Source: Rhizodiscina lignyota (Eukaryota). From it: 64,000 bases of DNA. The notes below the pieces were generated by a model. The model did not search any database, was not told where the DNA came from, and saw only the letters and a list, made by a program, of their open reading frames with translations. How positions within the stretch are numbered: position 1 is the first letter of the stretch; every line of letters starts with the position of its first letter. This document shows positions 29,164-41,675 of the stretch, piece after piece. A program made the translations under genes and the position numbers. The stretch is from NCBI GenBank assembly GCA_010015805.1, contig ML978132.1, positions 620,001-684,000 on the forward strand, written 5' to 3'.

Positions 29164-29400
29164 TCATAGAGCTCCCTGAGAATTGAACAGTTCCGTAGAA
29201 AGCCCTCGTTGTATTGTCCTTCCATCTCGCCGAACCTCATCAGGCGCAAGTAACGTCACGACTACTCCTGCACTAATGCGTGATTTACCACACCTTGCTC
29301 CTCCCTTCACCATCATCACTCCGCCTGCCGCCCCGTTCATAAAAGCCCGAACAGTGTCATGTTGCTCGTTGTCGAATTTAAATAGATACAAAATTTCCAC
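29164..29400 (-). pseudogene. Possible SF1-helicase-like P-loop fragment
   Basis: DNEQHDTVRAF...VMMVKGGARCGKSR resembles a Q motif plus Walker A; no intact continuation was found. Confidence 0.25.
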
Positions 29401-30141
29401 TCTCTAGTAGCCTCTCAGAGCCACATGTCAATTGAAAGCGTGTTGCGCGAGACACCGTTGCGTGAATGGATGGCACACTTGATAACCCGTCCTTCTCCAA
29501 AGCACAGAGGGAAGAGAATCCACATCCCAAATCCCTTCCCCTCTTTGTTGGTCGGTCCGGTATCTCTGTTGACGAAAAGACGGGATTCATCTCACCACTC
29601 CAAATTAAGACGATATCTTCAAAGTGGTGAGTGTCGTGTGCTATTCTATTTTCGATGTTTTGGTTGATAGCGTAGATGGAGTTCTGCGTGAGTTCTGCAG
29701 CTTAGATTTTGGAGAAAAGTATCAGAGCGGTGCTTTGAAAGAAACGGCGTCTCTATGTATTTTGGCCCAGTCAGGAGATGCGGATTACGGCTATACTGGG
29801 AATTATCCGCGCCCGATAACCGACTCAGAGCTGTTTCAAGGCTTCTGCAAATCTGTCACCTCCATTGGGAGAATGGCCATTCTCGCGAGGGCCATATCTT
29901 AAAGCAAAAAGAACAGAAGTGGAGGCAGACAGCTCTTTTCATTGGACGCAAAGAAAGAGGGCCGAGTATTGTAGCTGTAACGCTCTCTGAGAAGTCAGTC
30001 TTACTATCCAAGAGCATCGCTGAAAGGTTCATTAAATATATTGACAGTTTAGTAATATTGCAGTTTCCATGTTCATGACCTGAATTTAACTGAAGAGGAT
30101 ATTCATCCTTGCCGCTGAGATGTGCAGACACCGTATTTCAT

Positions 30142-31624
30142 TCAAGCCTGCGGGATCTCCGATGTGCTCAGTGTAGATCGTTTCATTGGCGGTGGAGGTG
30201 GCGCCGGCTTCTTTGATCTTGACGGAGGTGGTGGTGGGGGCGCCTTCTTTACGCTTCCGACAGCTCCAGTGTCCATGTTCGTGAAGCTGGCGGCTCGCGA
30301 TCCGAAGCTTGCATGCGATGTAGTCGGTGAATCGGAACGCTCGTTGAAATACCTGTCAGGGCTGCTGCCCTCGTATTCCTCCGATTGATCGGTGAAGACG
30401 TCCGTGTTGATGCCACCGCGCTTGACGGGACGAAGGTTGGTCCTGCCAGCAAGCATTGCCGTCGGCTCCGTAGGCATGCGGGAAATGCGCGGTGCTGGCG
30501 AATAGTCGCGGTTCGTATCAGTATTTGCTCGGTTGTAGGTTGGGCGTATGACATTCGATACTCGACTCTCCGAATGATCGCGAGACGGCATGCGGGCGGG
30601 AATCGTCATTCTTGGTTCTGGCGGAGCTTCCTCCTCAACTCGATTGAAGCGCTCAGAGTATGAGTGTGCGGTATTCGACCTTGAGCGGCCGTTACGAGCC
30701 GGAGTAAGTCCAGACGCGCTGCTACACCATATGTGAGCTGATGCCTTAATCACAATACGTTCCGTGGAACTCACCCAGCTCCAGCGGGCCAGTCCCTCTT
30801 CACCTTCATCAGAATGTCCCTGCAGTTCTCGTGGAACGCCAGCTCGGAGTCCAGAAAGGCTGTGATGTCCGCCACGCTTTCAGATTCAGCTTCCTTGATA
30901 TCCTCCATTCGCCGGTACACTTCCTCGTTCGCCTCTTCATACTTTGCCTTCTGCGAACGGAGCTCCTCTTCGAACCTGAAGTCCTCTCTCTTTGCTTTCT
31001 GCATCTTCGCAAGGGACGCATCATATGCAAGTCGCCTCTGCTCGAGCTTCTTACGAGCAGCCTATGTCGCATTAGAGGCATAAAACCATGCGCAATGAAA
31101 ACGACATACCTGATATTCCTTCATTTGTGCGAGAGAACGCTCCAGTGATTCCAGCCAAGTCGATGTCGCGTGAGCAACATATGCCTCCTGCTTGCGCGCC
31201 AGGTTCTCGTTTGCCCTCCCCATTGCTGTAAATTCCATAAGCAACACAGTACTTCAAGCCAACTAGTAACCACGCACCGATTAGACAATTTCCGAATTCC
31301 GAATCATGATTGAAGTCTTGTCCATGACCGACCATTGACTGCCCCAAATATCCAATCGGTAATAGCTTGTCTCGCTCCTCGCCCTCGCTGCGCTTCGAGA
31401 CGGATTTGACGTAGGCGGTCATGGACTTGTGCATTCGCTCCATACCTTGAGTACAGTCAGCTCAGGGACACGTATCTTCTGGTTTGAAGCTCTATACCAT
31501 CATGGCGCAAGTTCATTTCTACCTCCAGGGCCTTGAACTCGTCCGAGGTGCTCGTCTTGACCTCGCCGCCCATCTTCTCCCCCGCCCACTGCTTCATGCG
31601 ATCCAACCTCTTATTCAAATTCAT
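30142..31624 (-). CDS. N-BAR domain protein with Pro-rich C-terminus
   Basis: MNLNKRLDRMKQWAGEKMGGEVKT, ARKKLEQRRLAYDASL, FEEELRSQKAKYEE and KKAPPPPPPSR; four introns. Confidence 0.85.
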
Positions 31625-32625
31625 CTTGGTATTGGTGTGATGTCAGAGATGGGCTCTGGGCGTGTACGTCAATGGTAGGTGGGCAGGAACACACGTTCTG
31701 TGAACCTGAAGCTCCGCGCGAGTTGGAAGTACGCGGCGAAAGAAAAGTGGGATGTTGAGGATCGTATGCAGAATGAGGGCGGAGTGGAGCTGCAAAGAGG
31801 CGTCGGCTGGAATGCTCTCAAGGTCGGGGGAAAGTTGGCCGTGAAAAAGCAAAGTTTAGCTCAGCATCGTAACAATAGCAAGGCGGCGCAAAAAGGGATG
31901 CGTCAGTGTCCAGTGGGCGACGTGAGCTCTTATTGAAACACTCTTGGTCGTTATTGATGCCGCAGAACCCCGGTCCCTTTAGTGGTCGGTTCCTGGGCTC
32001 TCCGAGTGGGTTCTAAAAACGCACTGTCCAGTCTCGCCGTGCACCAAGGCGGCCCCTTAAACCTCGACTTAAGCCCTCCGCGGCCACACGACGATCTCCG
32101 TTGATGTTTCTGTTAGCGCCCCTCGACCAAATTAACTCCCAGCCTTGGGGCGTGTTCTATCTCCAGACTTGCGATCAGAGCTCTGCCTCTCCCCCGCAAC
32201 ACTCTCAGCAGCGGGTAAGACGGTGTGACCGTTCTTTGGGCAGTCTCTCGGCGTGTCGCGGAAGGGGCCCCACCGAGTAGGGTCAGAGTTCGTGTCACAC
32301 GTCAGTGTAGAGTGTCGAGACCAAGGTGTCGAACATTATAGGAGCTACATGGGTTGCATAGGTACTTAAGTACTCTGTTTACCTGAACGCGTGGCCGTCG
32401 AGCGGGATCGCCCGTGCTTAAGCCTAGCTACCATGTTGAACTGATGTTAGGCTGTATATCTTGTTGGTCACTCTAAGGGTCATTGTGTCATCTGGGTTTC
32501 AATGTGCAGCTTATGGAGTACCATTCCATATGCTATGTAAGGTACATCGACTGCTCTGAGCGCCATGTTAAATCCCTATGTCTGGGAGCACCATAGACCA
32601 TGCAAAAAGAAACAGAAAAGCACGT

Positions 32626-33694
32626 TTAGTCCTTCGTCTTCTGTGTACCACGGAGCAGACCAGTTCTCCTCGCGGCAATGAGACCCGCCTTTTGACCTTG
32701 TGCAGCGTACCGAGAGATTGTCGAAGCCTTACCGATATGTTGATGGTTACCACCACCGTGAGGCTGGTAGACATGTGGTCAGCGTCTTGATTCCAGAATA
32801 GGATTGGGCTGATATTGCTTACATGGTCAACCGGGTTCATCGCCACACCACGAGTCTTTGGCCAGGAGTTGCGCTTGACAGCATACTTATGCTTCGCCCT
32901 CGATGCCTCTATAAAGCAGCATTAGCCGTAAAATTCCATGTACTGAATTCTTCCGTGTCAAACGTACTCAGGAGCGGCTTGTCCGTACGTCCACCACCAG
33001 CAACGATGCCAACCATGCCTCTCACCGTGCTCTTGACAACCTTCTTCGCGCCACTTGGGAGCTTGATACGAGTCTTGCCCTCGTCCGGGTTGTGACCGAT
33101 AACCGTGACGTAGTTTCCAGACGTCCTGCCCAGCGCACCACGATCGCCCATCTTCTCCTCGACGTTGCTGACAACGGTACCTTCTGGGACAGAGCCAAGA
33201 GGCAGGACGTTGCCCACGGTCAACGCCGCATTCTTGCCCGCGTAGATGAACTGTCCGGTGTACATGCCCTCATTTGCGATGAACGTCTCGGTGTGCAGCC
33301 TGTATCGGTATGGATCGCGGAAAACGACTTTGGCAAGCGGAGCGCCTCGGCCAGGATCGTGGATAATGTCCTTCACCACACCACGGATGTAGCCATGCTT
33401 TTCGGCGAAGTCATATGTTCGGAACTTGGCAGGCGCCTTGTTGAGACGAGTGTGGGCCGTGAAGATCGAGCCACGACTTCGAAAATTAGCGAAGTTTAAG
33501 ATTTGGTGCGCAGTTTACTCTTACCCCTTCCTCTGGTTGCGAATAACGCGACCCTATACTCAATTAGCACCATGTTCCAGCAGATATAGTTTGACAGTGG
33601 CCGTTGGAGGCCAGTCGACTGCGAATCTACAAGGAGTGTTGCGCAATTCGCAGAATAACTGAGTCGCCTTCGGGGAAATGAGAATACTCACCAT
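32626..33694 (-). CDS. RPL2: 60S ribosomal protein L2 (uL2)
   Basis: [56 protein letters not shown] and [13 protein letters not shown]. 4-nt first exon and several introns. Confidence 0.98.
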
Positions 33695-35172
33695 CTTTGC
33701 GACAGTATGAGTGCTGCGGAGATGGTGTCGCTCTTGTTGGTGGATTGAGGTCTTCGCACAAAATCGAGGTCGATTGATTGTGGGTGTGCCAAGGCGCTAA
33801 GCCGTTTTCACGAGTCTCGGCGAAAACCCTGGTCCGCACACTTTCAACCTCATTTCTCTCCTCCTTCCTGTGACCCTGCCCCAACCCTCCTACATCGTCG
33901 AATCAGTCCTAGGTGCAACTTCTTAAACGTTTCGCTTGACACCATATAGGCGTCGATCACCTCTGCATCTAAGTAGGAGGCAAAGTGAGTAGGTATAGAG
34001 ATAGACCAGTGCATTTGTCCAACCGGAGAATCAGATAGGTAGAACTGGGTTTTTCATTGTTTTTCATCTCAACATTCCTTTAGCGCATGAATTCTGGGTT
34101 TCTGTTGGTTCCTTTTTGAGCCCGAGATGTTTTGCAATAGCTAGGAATCACAGGAACGGCAAGATCGGCTCCGCGCCTCATACCCTTCACCCAGACTCAA
34201 ACATTCCTTGACATCGCCAATTTCATTTCGCAATGCTCTGAAGGGTTGCTCTATATGACTTTCACGTTGAGTCGCTGCAAAAGAAGGTACAGATGGGTTT
34301 ACTTTGTCAGATTTTGCCACTTCTTGGCCGTTTTATACTCGATTTCACCACGCAACTGTTCCGGCGTGATGGGATCGGTATAAAGGCCTTAGCTAAGAGG
34401 TCTAACAGCCTATTTGGCACTTATCGGTAAGAGCTGCAAGGTGGATTTCCTATGCAGGCGGCCGCCTCGCGCCCTGTCTCTACGCACCTGCAACATACAA
34501 GGCTCCTTCTGAGTCTCTGGAGCTTGAATGGAAGCTGAGTTTGCATATATTTGACATTCCACAGATTATTCGAACTTATTTTGCAACAAGGTTGAGCTGT
34601 GGCCTGGCGGATCCGGGGCACTGGGGCGTTAAGCGGGCTGAAAGCACCGAATCGCGGGCGCACAAATTTTCTGCGACCGAGCTGCGCATTGCCAGCGCAC
34701 ATCATCCTACGCCAACCAGAATAGCAAAAGAATATGTCAACGACTGACTTTAGGCATCACAATGACTTTTGCAGTTGTGTCTGAGAGTGATGGGCTGATT
34801 GGGGCCATTTGATACCGTGCTGTGACGCATCAGCAACCAATAACATCGAGAGGAGATAATATACTGTCGAAATCATATACGCATCACAAGTTCATTCTCT
34901 GAATGACTGAGGAGCTCAACCTGCTCGGTCTGGTGGCATTTTCTAGGGAGTCCTGCAGGCTGGCAATATGAAATACGTTGTACAATGGGAGCGGTGAAGT
35001 TGCCGCGTGACTTTTGATAGAAGCCAATTATCAGGCAGCCATGTGTCGATTTGTTCAGTGCTGTGCCATGTTAGCGCCAATCCCGCATACCAAACGGACT
35101 TCCGACCTCATTCAACCTTCGCCTAACAACCAACTTCTCCAACCATCGAAAATTATCCGCAACACCAACAAG

Positions 35173-37629
35173 ATGAGTTTCTCAGACTCATCCTCGCTTT
35201 CTTCTCTATCGCCTCCGCCTGATTCAGATGATGAGAAGCCCAAGCTCAGCCTGGCGACCGACGGCGCTGGCGACGCCCAACGTTCGACCTCCCTCTCACC
35301 GGCGCCGTCCACGGATTCGAGCTTGAGCGAGAAAAGATCAGCTTCTCCCGAACACGAGCCAGTCCTTGCCGATAACCCTGATATAGCGGTACGTGTATGG
35401 CGCGTCAATCGCGTGGTTGCGTTGCGAAATCCCCTCTCATACGCGCTCCGTGCTCAATTCACGCGTTTGCTAACATATTTTGGGTCCTGCGTTATAGTTC
35501 ATCGTCATGTTTCGTTCGCGATTCAATGACGCCTTTCCGACAAAGTTAGGTCACTTTGGCCCTCAGGATATCGAGCGTGGTGTGGTAGACTCGATGCCGT
35601 CTCCACAAGTCGAGGCTCTACTGTGCGCTCTACTTGCGCTCGTCCTCAATCGCAAGAAGCCCATAGAGTCAGTCCGCCCACTAGAAATCGCCGAATAACT
35701 ATATTCATCTTTGACATGCTACTCCCTATTATGTCTACGCGTCTGGGATACAAGCTGACCTTTAATCTGTCACAGACGAGGCCACTATGGACGCGCCTTG
35801 GAGGAGGCTATACATGCTCAAAAGTCTCAATGGCCTCGCGCATGGAATGGAATTAACCCGCTCAGTGGTAGTCGCACATTCATTACCATGTCTCCTGAGG
35901 AGAAGGTAGGGACCTCCGTGCTCATGGCTGGCATCTTGCTAACTGTTGCGCAATAGCTCACCCTCCTCAAGACCCTTATCCTCTGGTCCCTGCACACTTC
36001 CGAGACAGTCTCAAACATGATCAAGGAGTCATATAAGATCGCGCGTCGCGAGGATGATGCGAACCAGCCGCTTTCCGTGCAGCCCTGGGGCACTGATGGC
36101 CGCAAGCGCTGGTACTGGCTGATTGAGGGGCAAGACGACACGAGCTTCAGAGTGTATCGCGAGTCAAATCCGAAGAAGAAGGAGATCAACAAGTTCATCA
36201 ATGTGGCTGGATCGATCGATGAGCTGCACGTGCTCACACAACAATTGAATGAAGACGGAGCACAAGCGGCGAGGAGGCTGAGTGACAGGATCACCGTGGC
36301 CATTCCACGCTTTGAGGCGACAGAAGAGGTAAATTCATATACTCTACATCTAAGTTATATGCGCTCACAATCTTGCAGAAACGCAAACGCCGCGAATATC
36401 GTCTCAACCGCAAGGCGCAATTTACACGCCCCGACCCGGGCTTCTCCCTCTACGAAGGCCGCACTCGTGGCAAGCGCATGCGATATACCTTCTCAGATGA
36501 TGAGGATGAATACTCAGATGCTGTCTCAACTCGTCGCTCTACCCGCAACACTGGCGCCAATACTCCTGCTGATCCCTCCAAGCCCACGGTTACAGCGTCG
36601 GGCCGCCAAGTTCGCGGTCGCCTGGGAGGCGTCTACGGTGAACCGCTGCTCAGTGGTCAGACCTCAGGCAACCGCGCCTCTCCTGCTGGAACAGGCGACT
36701 ATGAACGGTCTGAGCCTTCGGAGGAGCGTGAGGTCCTCACTGGTCCTCCTACTCGAGGTGGCAAGCCATTGCCTGGTTGGAAAGGCTGGGTTATGGGATA
36801 CTCCAAAGGAGACGATCACATCGCAGGTTACAACGTTGTCGATGCGATGGAAGAGGACGAGGACGATGTCTCGTCGTCTCAAGAGTCGGGAGATGAGTGG
36901 GATGATGGTGATGATGATGAAGATGTGATCAAGGTTGGCGCGGCGGAAGATGAAGATGAAGACGACGATATGGAGGAAGCTTATAACGACGAGTTCAATC
37001 GCAAGCCGAAGAGCCTTGTTGTCGTGCTGCGCTATGGCAAGGGCAAAACTGCAACGAAGGCAGAATCTCCGCCGCAGCTTACCAGCAATGGCGCCGAGCC
37101 TACTCCTCAGCAAGCAACGCTCAAAGTCCAGCAATCCGCCCCCAGCATCACGCTCGACTCACCGATCGTCGATCAGTCGGCAGTCAAGAGCGATGGTCAT
37201 CATTCTCCTCTAGCTTCCCGCTCTATCGCTCAGTCTCCCCCAGCCGGCCCAATTGCCCAGGTCCCGCCAACCTTCCACGCTACCTCGTCTCCATCCAAGA
37301 AGACGACGGAGCCAACATCCAGCACTGGACAACAAGCTGCTTCTGGTGCATTTGAGAAGCTCTCGGCCCCGTCTGCCGCTCCAGCGGTGGTGGACTCCAC
37401 GCCTGTCCAGCTGCCAGATTCTGCCGCGTCTGCTTCTTCGGTGAACTCGAATGCCTTCCTCTCAAACGGCAATGCCAACTACCGCCAACAGACGTTGGAT
37501 AGCCACTTTCGCTCTACGCCACCGGTCTCCCAAAATGGCTCTGTTGGCCCACTCGCAGGCGGTTCATCTGCTACGCCTACGGCGCCAGCGACGGCGACAG
37601 CCGCGCCCACTCCAGTAACCTCTACCTAG
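35173..37629 (+). CDS. WHIM/DDT-like chromatin protein (probable ISWI-complex accessory subunit)
   Basis: FIVMFRSRF, MSPEEKLTLLKTLILWSL (WHIM1-like), PWGTDGRKRWYWL (WSD-like) and YEGRTRGKRMRY; acidic and low-complexity tail; four introns. Confidence 0.8.
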
Positions 37630-38034
37630 GTATACTTGATATTCTTCCGAGATACTTATCTTGCTTTATAGGAGTATGTGAAAGACATCTTCGAATCGGA
37701 GTTAGCTTTGCCCGAAACAAATTAGATATACTGTGGGAAACGATAGAAAATGACTGTATGCGGCTCTAATCGGATGGCGTTTCTGTATGCTTTACACCGC
37801 ACGCCTTTTCTACAGCCAGTACGATCATGTCAGGAGGCTTTACAGCTCATTCTCGATGCTGTAAACTGGGAAGTCGGATATGGGATGGTGTATGATAGCT
37901 AAAGCTGGGTATATCCCTCAGGGCGCCTATCTACAAATGCACCAGTTCAAACTACGGCTTTTATGTCCGTAAATGCTGATCGTCGCTGGCCACTATGCAA
38001 CTGCAATAAAGACCAATGAAGCTCTATAAACCGT

Positions 38035-39629
38035 TTACGCCGGCATAGCACCCGGCATTCTCATGCCCTCAGTACTCCGAGCATGCTCATGGCCCCTCCA
38101 CCTCAACCCATCTTGCGATGCCTGACCTTCCACCTGTGACTGTGGCCTCATCGCACCAATTCTCTCCTTACTCCTCCCCCGCCCCGTCCGATCCGCCTCT
38201 CTCAATCTCCGCCCTTCGCGCTCCATCCTCGCTTCCAGCGACTCATCCTCCTCGGCATGTCTGAGCTCGTCCCTCACAGCATCTTTCCTTGCCCTCGCAT
38301 TTTGCACGACCTCCTCGCTCTCCGCCCCACTCTCATCAACTGCCTCTTCGTCCTCGTCCTCGTCCTCCTCCCCATCGCCTGGCCCACGTGCCGTCTTCTT
38401 CCGCGGCCATAAAGAAGGCAGCACAATCTGCTGGAAGCGCGGCTCCACCACGCGCTCGTCGAACCAAGCGTGGATGCGGTCCTCGATGAGCTGTGCGATC
38501 TTGGGCACGTCGGTCAGGCGGGCGCGCGAGCCGAGTAGGGAGCGCACGGAAAGGTCGAGGCGGTAGTCGGGCAGGAAGGTAAATGTGAGGGAGGTGGGCG
38601 GGTGGTAGGGGTGCTGGGGCGTTGCACCGTTGGCTGTTGGGGTGGGGATGGGGGAGGAGGTTGCAGTTGCGGGGAGTTGGGAGTCTGGGTTGACGGATGG
38701 GACGAAAGAGAGGGAGAGCTGTGAGAGGTATTGTTAATTGCTAGGCAGGAAGGGAGTCAGGAGTGAACGTACTGTACCGCTGAAGCGCACGACAGATACT
38801 GCCAGCGCGACTGGGAGGACTGCGGAGAACGGCTTGGGATAATTGAGGATGAGCCTCGTCTCTATGCCCAGCGTAATGACGTCGCTCAAGTCGACGTCCA
38901 TTCTCGCCTGTAATCTCGTCCCTTCTCCAATTCTGACTTGTCCTCTTCCTGGCACTCCCAGTCCTTCTAGAGCGCCCACACCATCGTTCACAGGAATGAT
39001 CCTGCAATTGCTGAAAATGGGAAACTCTTCTCCCAAATTCACCTCTGTCACGCGAATCTCGTCAAGCCAGTCTGGCTTCTGTGTTCCATTCAGCGCCTGG
39101 TTCAACGTGCCCAAGATGGCATCATCTTGTCTCGCATCTGCCCTCAGCTGTGCGATTGTTTGTGCAATGAGGACATTGAACCAGTCCAGGCTCTCTGGCT
39201 GGTGGCCGCTGACATTGTAATATGTCTTTGCTAGGATCGTTGCCGTATTCAGAGTCTGAGCTGGCTGTCTCAAGACTGAGGAGCGCTTGTGCCGCAAGGC
39301 AGCAAACGTCGACGATCCACTCCGTCTGTGATGAGAGTACGAAAGGGAGCGCTGCTGGCGCAATTGAGCGCGCGCATTTTCACGATTCTCTGCGGATGGT
39401 GGGTCGCCAAAGATGAAGAACTTTATGAAGGCGAATATGAGGAGAGCAATGGACAGCTGGCCGAGGAGGAAGCCTTGGGTGAAGGAGAAGCTGTGAACCA
39501 GGCCATTAGCTGCGCTAGGAGATGGGTGGAGGGGCTACATACGAACTGCCTTGGGGTTCTGGTGGAGCTGTCAACACGGTGATACTCAGAGTCAAGGAAG
39601 CAGCTTCGCTTACCTTGCGACGCAGCCAT
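38035..39629 (-). CDS. MMM1: ERMES subunit Mmm1 (SMP domain)
   Basis: [50 protein letters not shown] and [18 protein letters not shown]. Confidence 0.95.
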
Positions 39630-39784
39630 CGCTACGGCGAGTTTGAGTGTGATTAACGCTCTATTCGCTGCATGTCTGCTTCGCTGCCGCACTGTACGGT
39701 GTGCCTCTCGGCAGGAGAGGTGATGTCAGGGTCAACCATGACGTGCTGGTCCAGGAACAGCTTCGGCGCCGTTGGCAGCGACCC

Positions 39785-39813
39785 GCCTAGCACTCGCCTA
39801 GCACTCGCCTAGC
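39785..39813. repeat. 11-bp tandem repeat (gcctagcactc) x2.6
   Basis: gcctagcactcgcctagcactcgcctagc, read directly upstream of MMM1. Confidence 0.8.
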
Positions 39814-41675
39814 CGCGGCCGCTACCCGGAAGGTGCCGTTTCGGTGCCATTTTGGGTCGACATGCTCCCAACGCGGCGGCACCACCTCACCCAGTGTCGT
39901 TGCAGGGCTCAGCACAGCGCTCGCCAACGTGATCCCATGCAGGCCGACCGCGAAGAGGATTCTCACCTGAGCACCTCTCCAAGTTACTGCTGACAGCCGT
40001 TGGACGGCCGTTGGAGTGCAGGCCCACAAGGCAGGTTTGCTTGTTCGGGTGGCGAAGTTCCCGAAGCCATTTCAATCTTTTGGAAATTCTGCCGCGCTTC
40101 ACTTTCATTTTCCGCCTGCCAGGATTGACGCGAAGGCGGATGCGCCAAGCAAACAATTTCGCCCAGACGTTCTGTGTACTCCTCACCGTTGATGGAATGC
40201 GGATTGAGGGGTTATTTGCGTATGAGGGCCGAGATGCCTCCATTTTCAACCCCGGTGTTGCACGAATATCGTTCACAAGCATTTTCTATTTATGCCGTGC
40301 CTCCAGCGCGAGCAACCTAGTCAGCAGCTGACGGCAGGAGGATCGCTCTGCCAGGGCGCAATTGGAAGCACAATGCATCCCGCTTCGAGGCTCAACGAAA
40401 TTGTCTCGCTTCTTGTCCTATACAACGGTAGAGTTTCTGCTGGTTGAACGCCGTGGCGTGGGAAGGGCCTCTTGATGCGGGATTACTCGGCATCCCGACC
40501 ACGTTTCCGTTGCTCACAGGCCACCGCCTCACCATCAATGGCGTGCAGAAATGGCGTAGAGGGTGCTTTGCGGGAAAAAGCAGCGAGGTTCCAGCGGTGT
40601 TCGAACTGTGCCTCATCCCTGTCGGAGCATAGCGATGAACTCACCAATGAGCGGGCCGAAGTCGAGCATATCCTCATCAGGAGCATTCAGGCGCGAATCC
40701 AGCCGCTGCTGCGAGAACATCAGAGAGCATCTCGCCTGCAGCCGACACCTAAATTCGGCCGGTCGAGCAGAATTGCCTGGCAAGGGTTTGGCATGCCGAC
40801 ATCCTGCCCCAAACGTGCTTGTTCTTCTCGTTACCAGTGGCATGGCGCCGACGAGCTTCCGGCGAGGACGAGTCAACCCTCACCTTACCAGCCTCCATAT
40901 ATCCTCACATGCCGGTGCGTAACTGGCGAGCGGTGCGCGTCTCAGGCGAGGTGCAGTCTAGCGTTCCGTCATTTCGGCAACCCTGACAGCAGACACGGCG
41001 TGCTACTCGCTGTCCAGTGCAGACGTGCCGCTTGCCGTTGATCGTTCCTCGCAGTCGCTTCGAACATCCCCCACCAGCATCTGCACTTCCGCTGTCCATG
41101 TCGAGCGGGTTTCATATGGTCGAGAAGCGACGTCGCCGGATAATATGTCTGCACCCCAGAGGTAGTACGAGTACAGACGGGGCGTCGCAACGCGTAAGAG
41201 AGTGTGCAAGGTTGCACCAACAGACGAGTAAAAATAAGCAGAGGGCGAGGCGTTCTTTCGCTCTCTTGTGCTGCCAGGCAGATTGCCAATGATGTTCAGC
41301 AGCGCATCCACGCACCCAAGGACCCCATTGGAGAGGCCTGTCCCCCACCATGTGGCGTTCCCGGGATGCTGGCCGCTGTGGCCGCCGTCCTAACAAAATG
41401 GTGCGCTGCACGCACACTGCGACCCACTCACGCCCAGCACCGTGAGGGAAGCCCGTACATAGACTTACACATGCCCCTCTGCCTGACTGCGCTTGCTCTG
41501 GTTGCCACTCCATACCAGCGACTCGACAGCATGCGAAGTCGACCACAGTCTATCCGGCATACCGTCGTATTCTCTCAAGAAAGGAGCAGTCGATCCACGC
41601 CCAAGGAGAGCAGTCGCGGCTGCTTACTCCCACAGCCTTGATCGGCCCAAGCGAGCGGTCAACGACCAACTTACA

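Noticed and set aside
40495..40820. Two CACGTT (Pho4-like) sites upstream of the phosphate transporter
   Set aside because: Hexamers at about chance frequency and far from the ATG.
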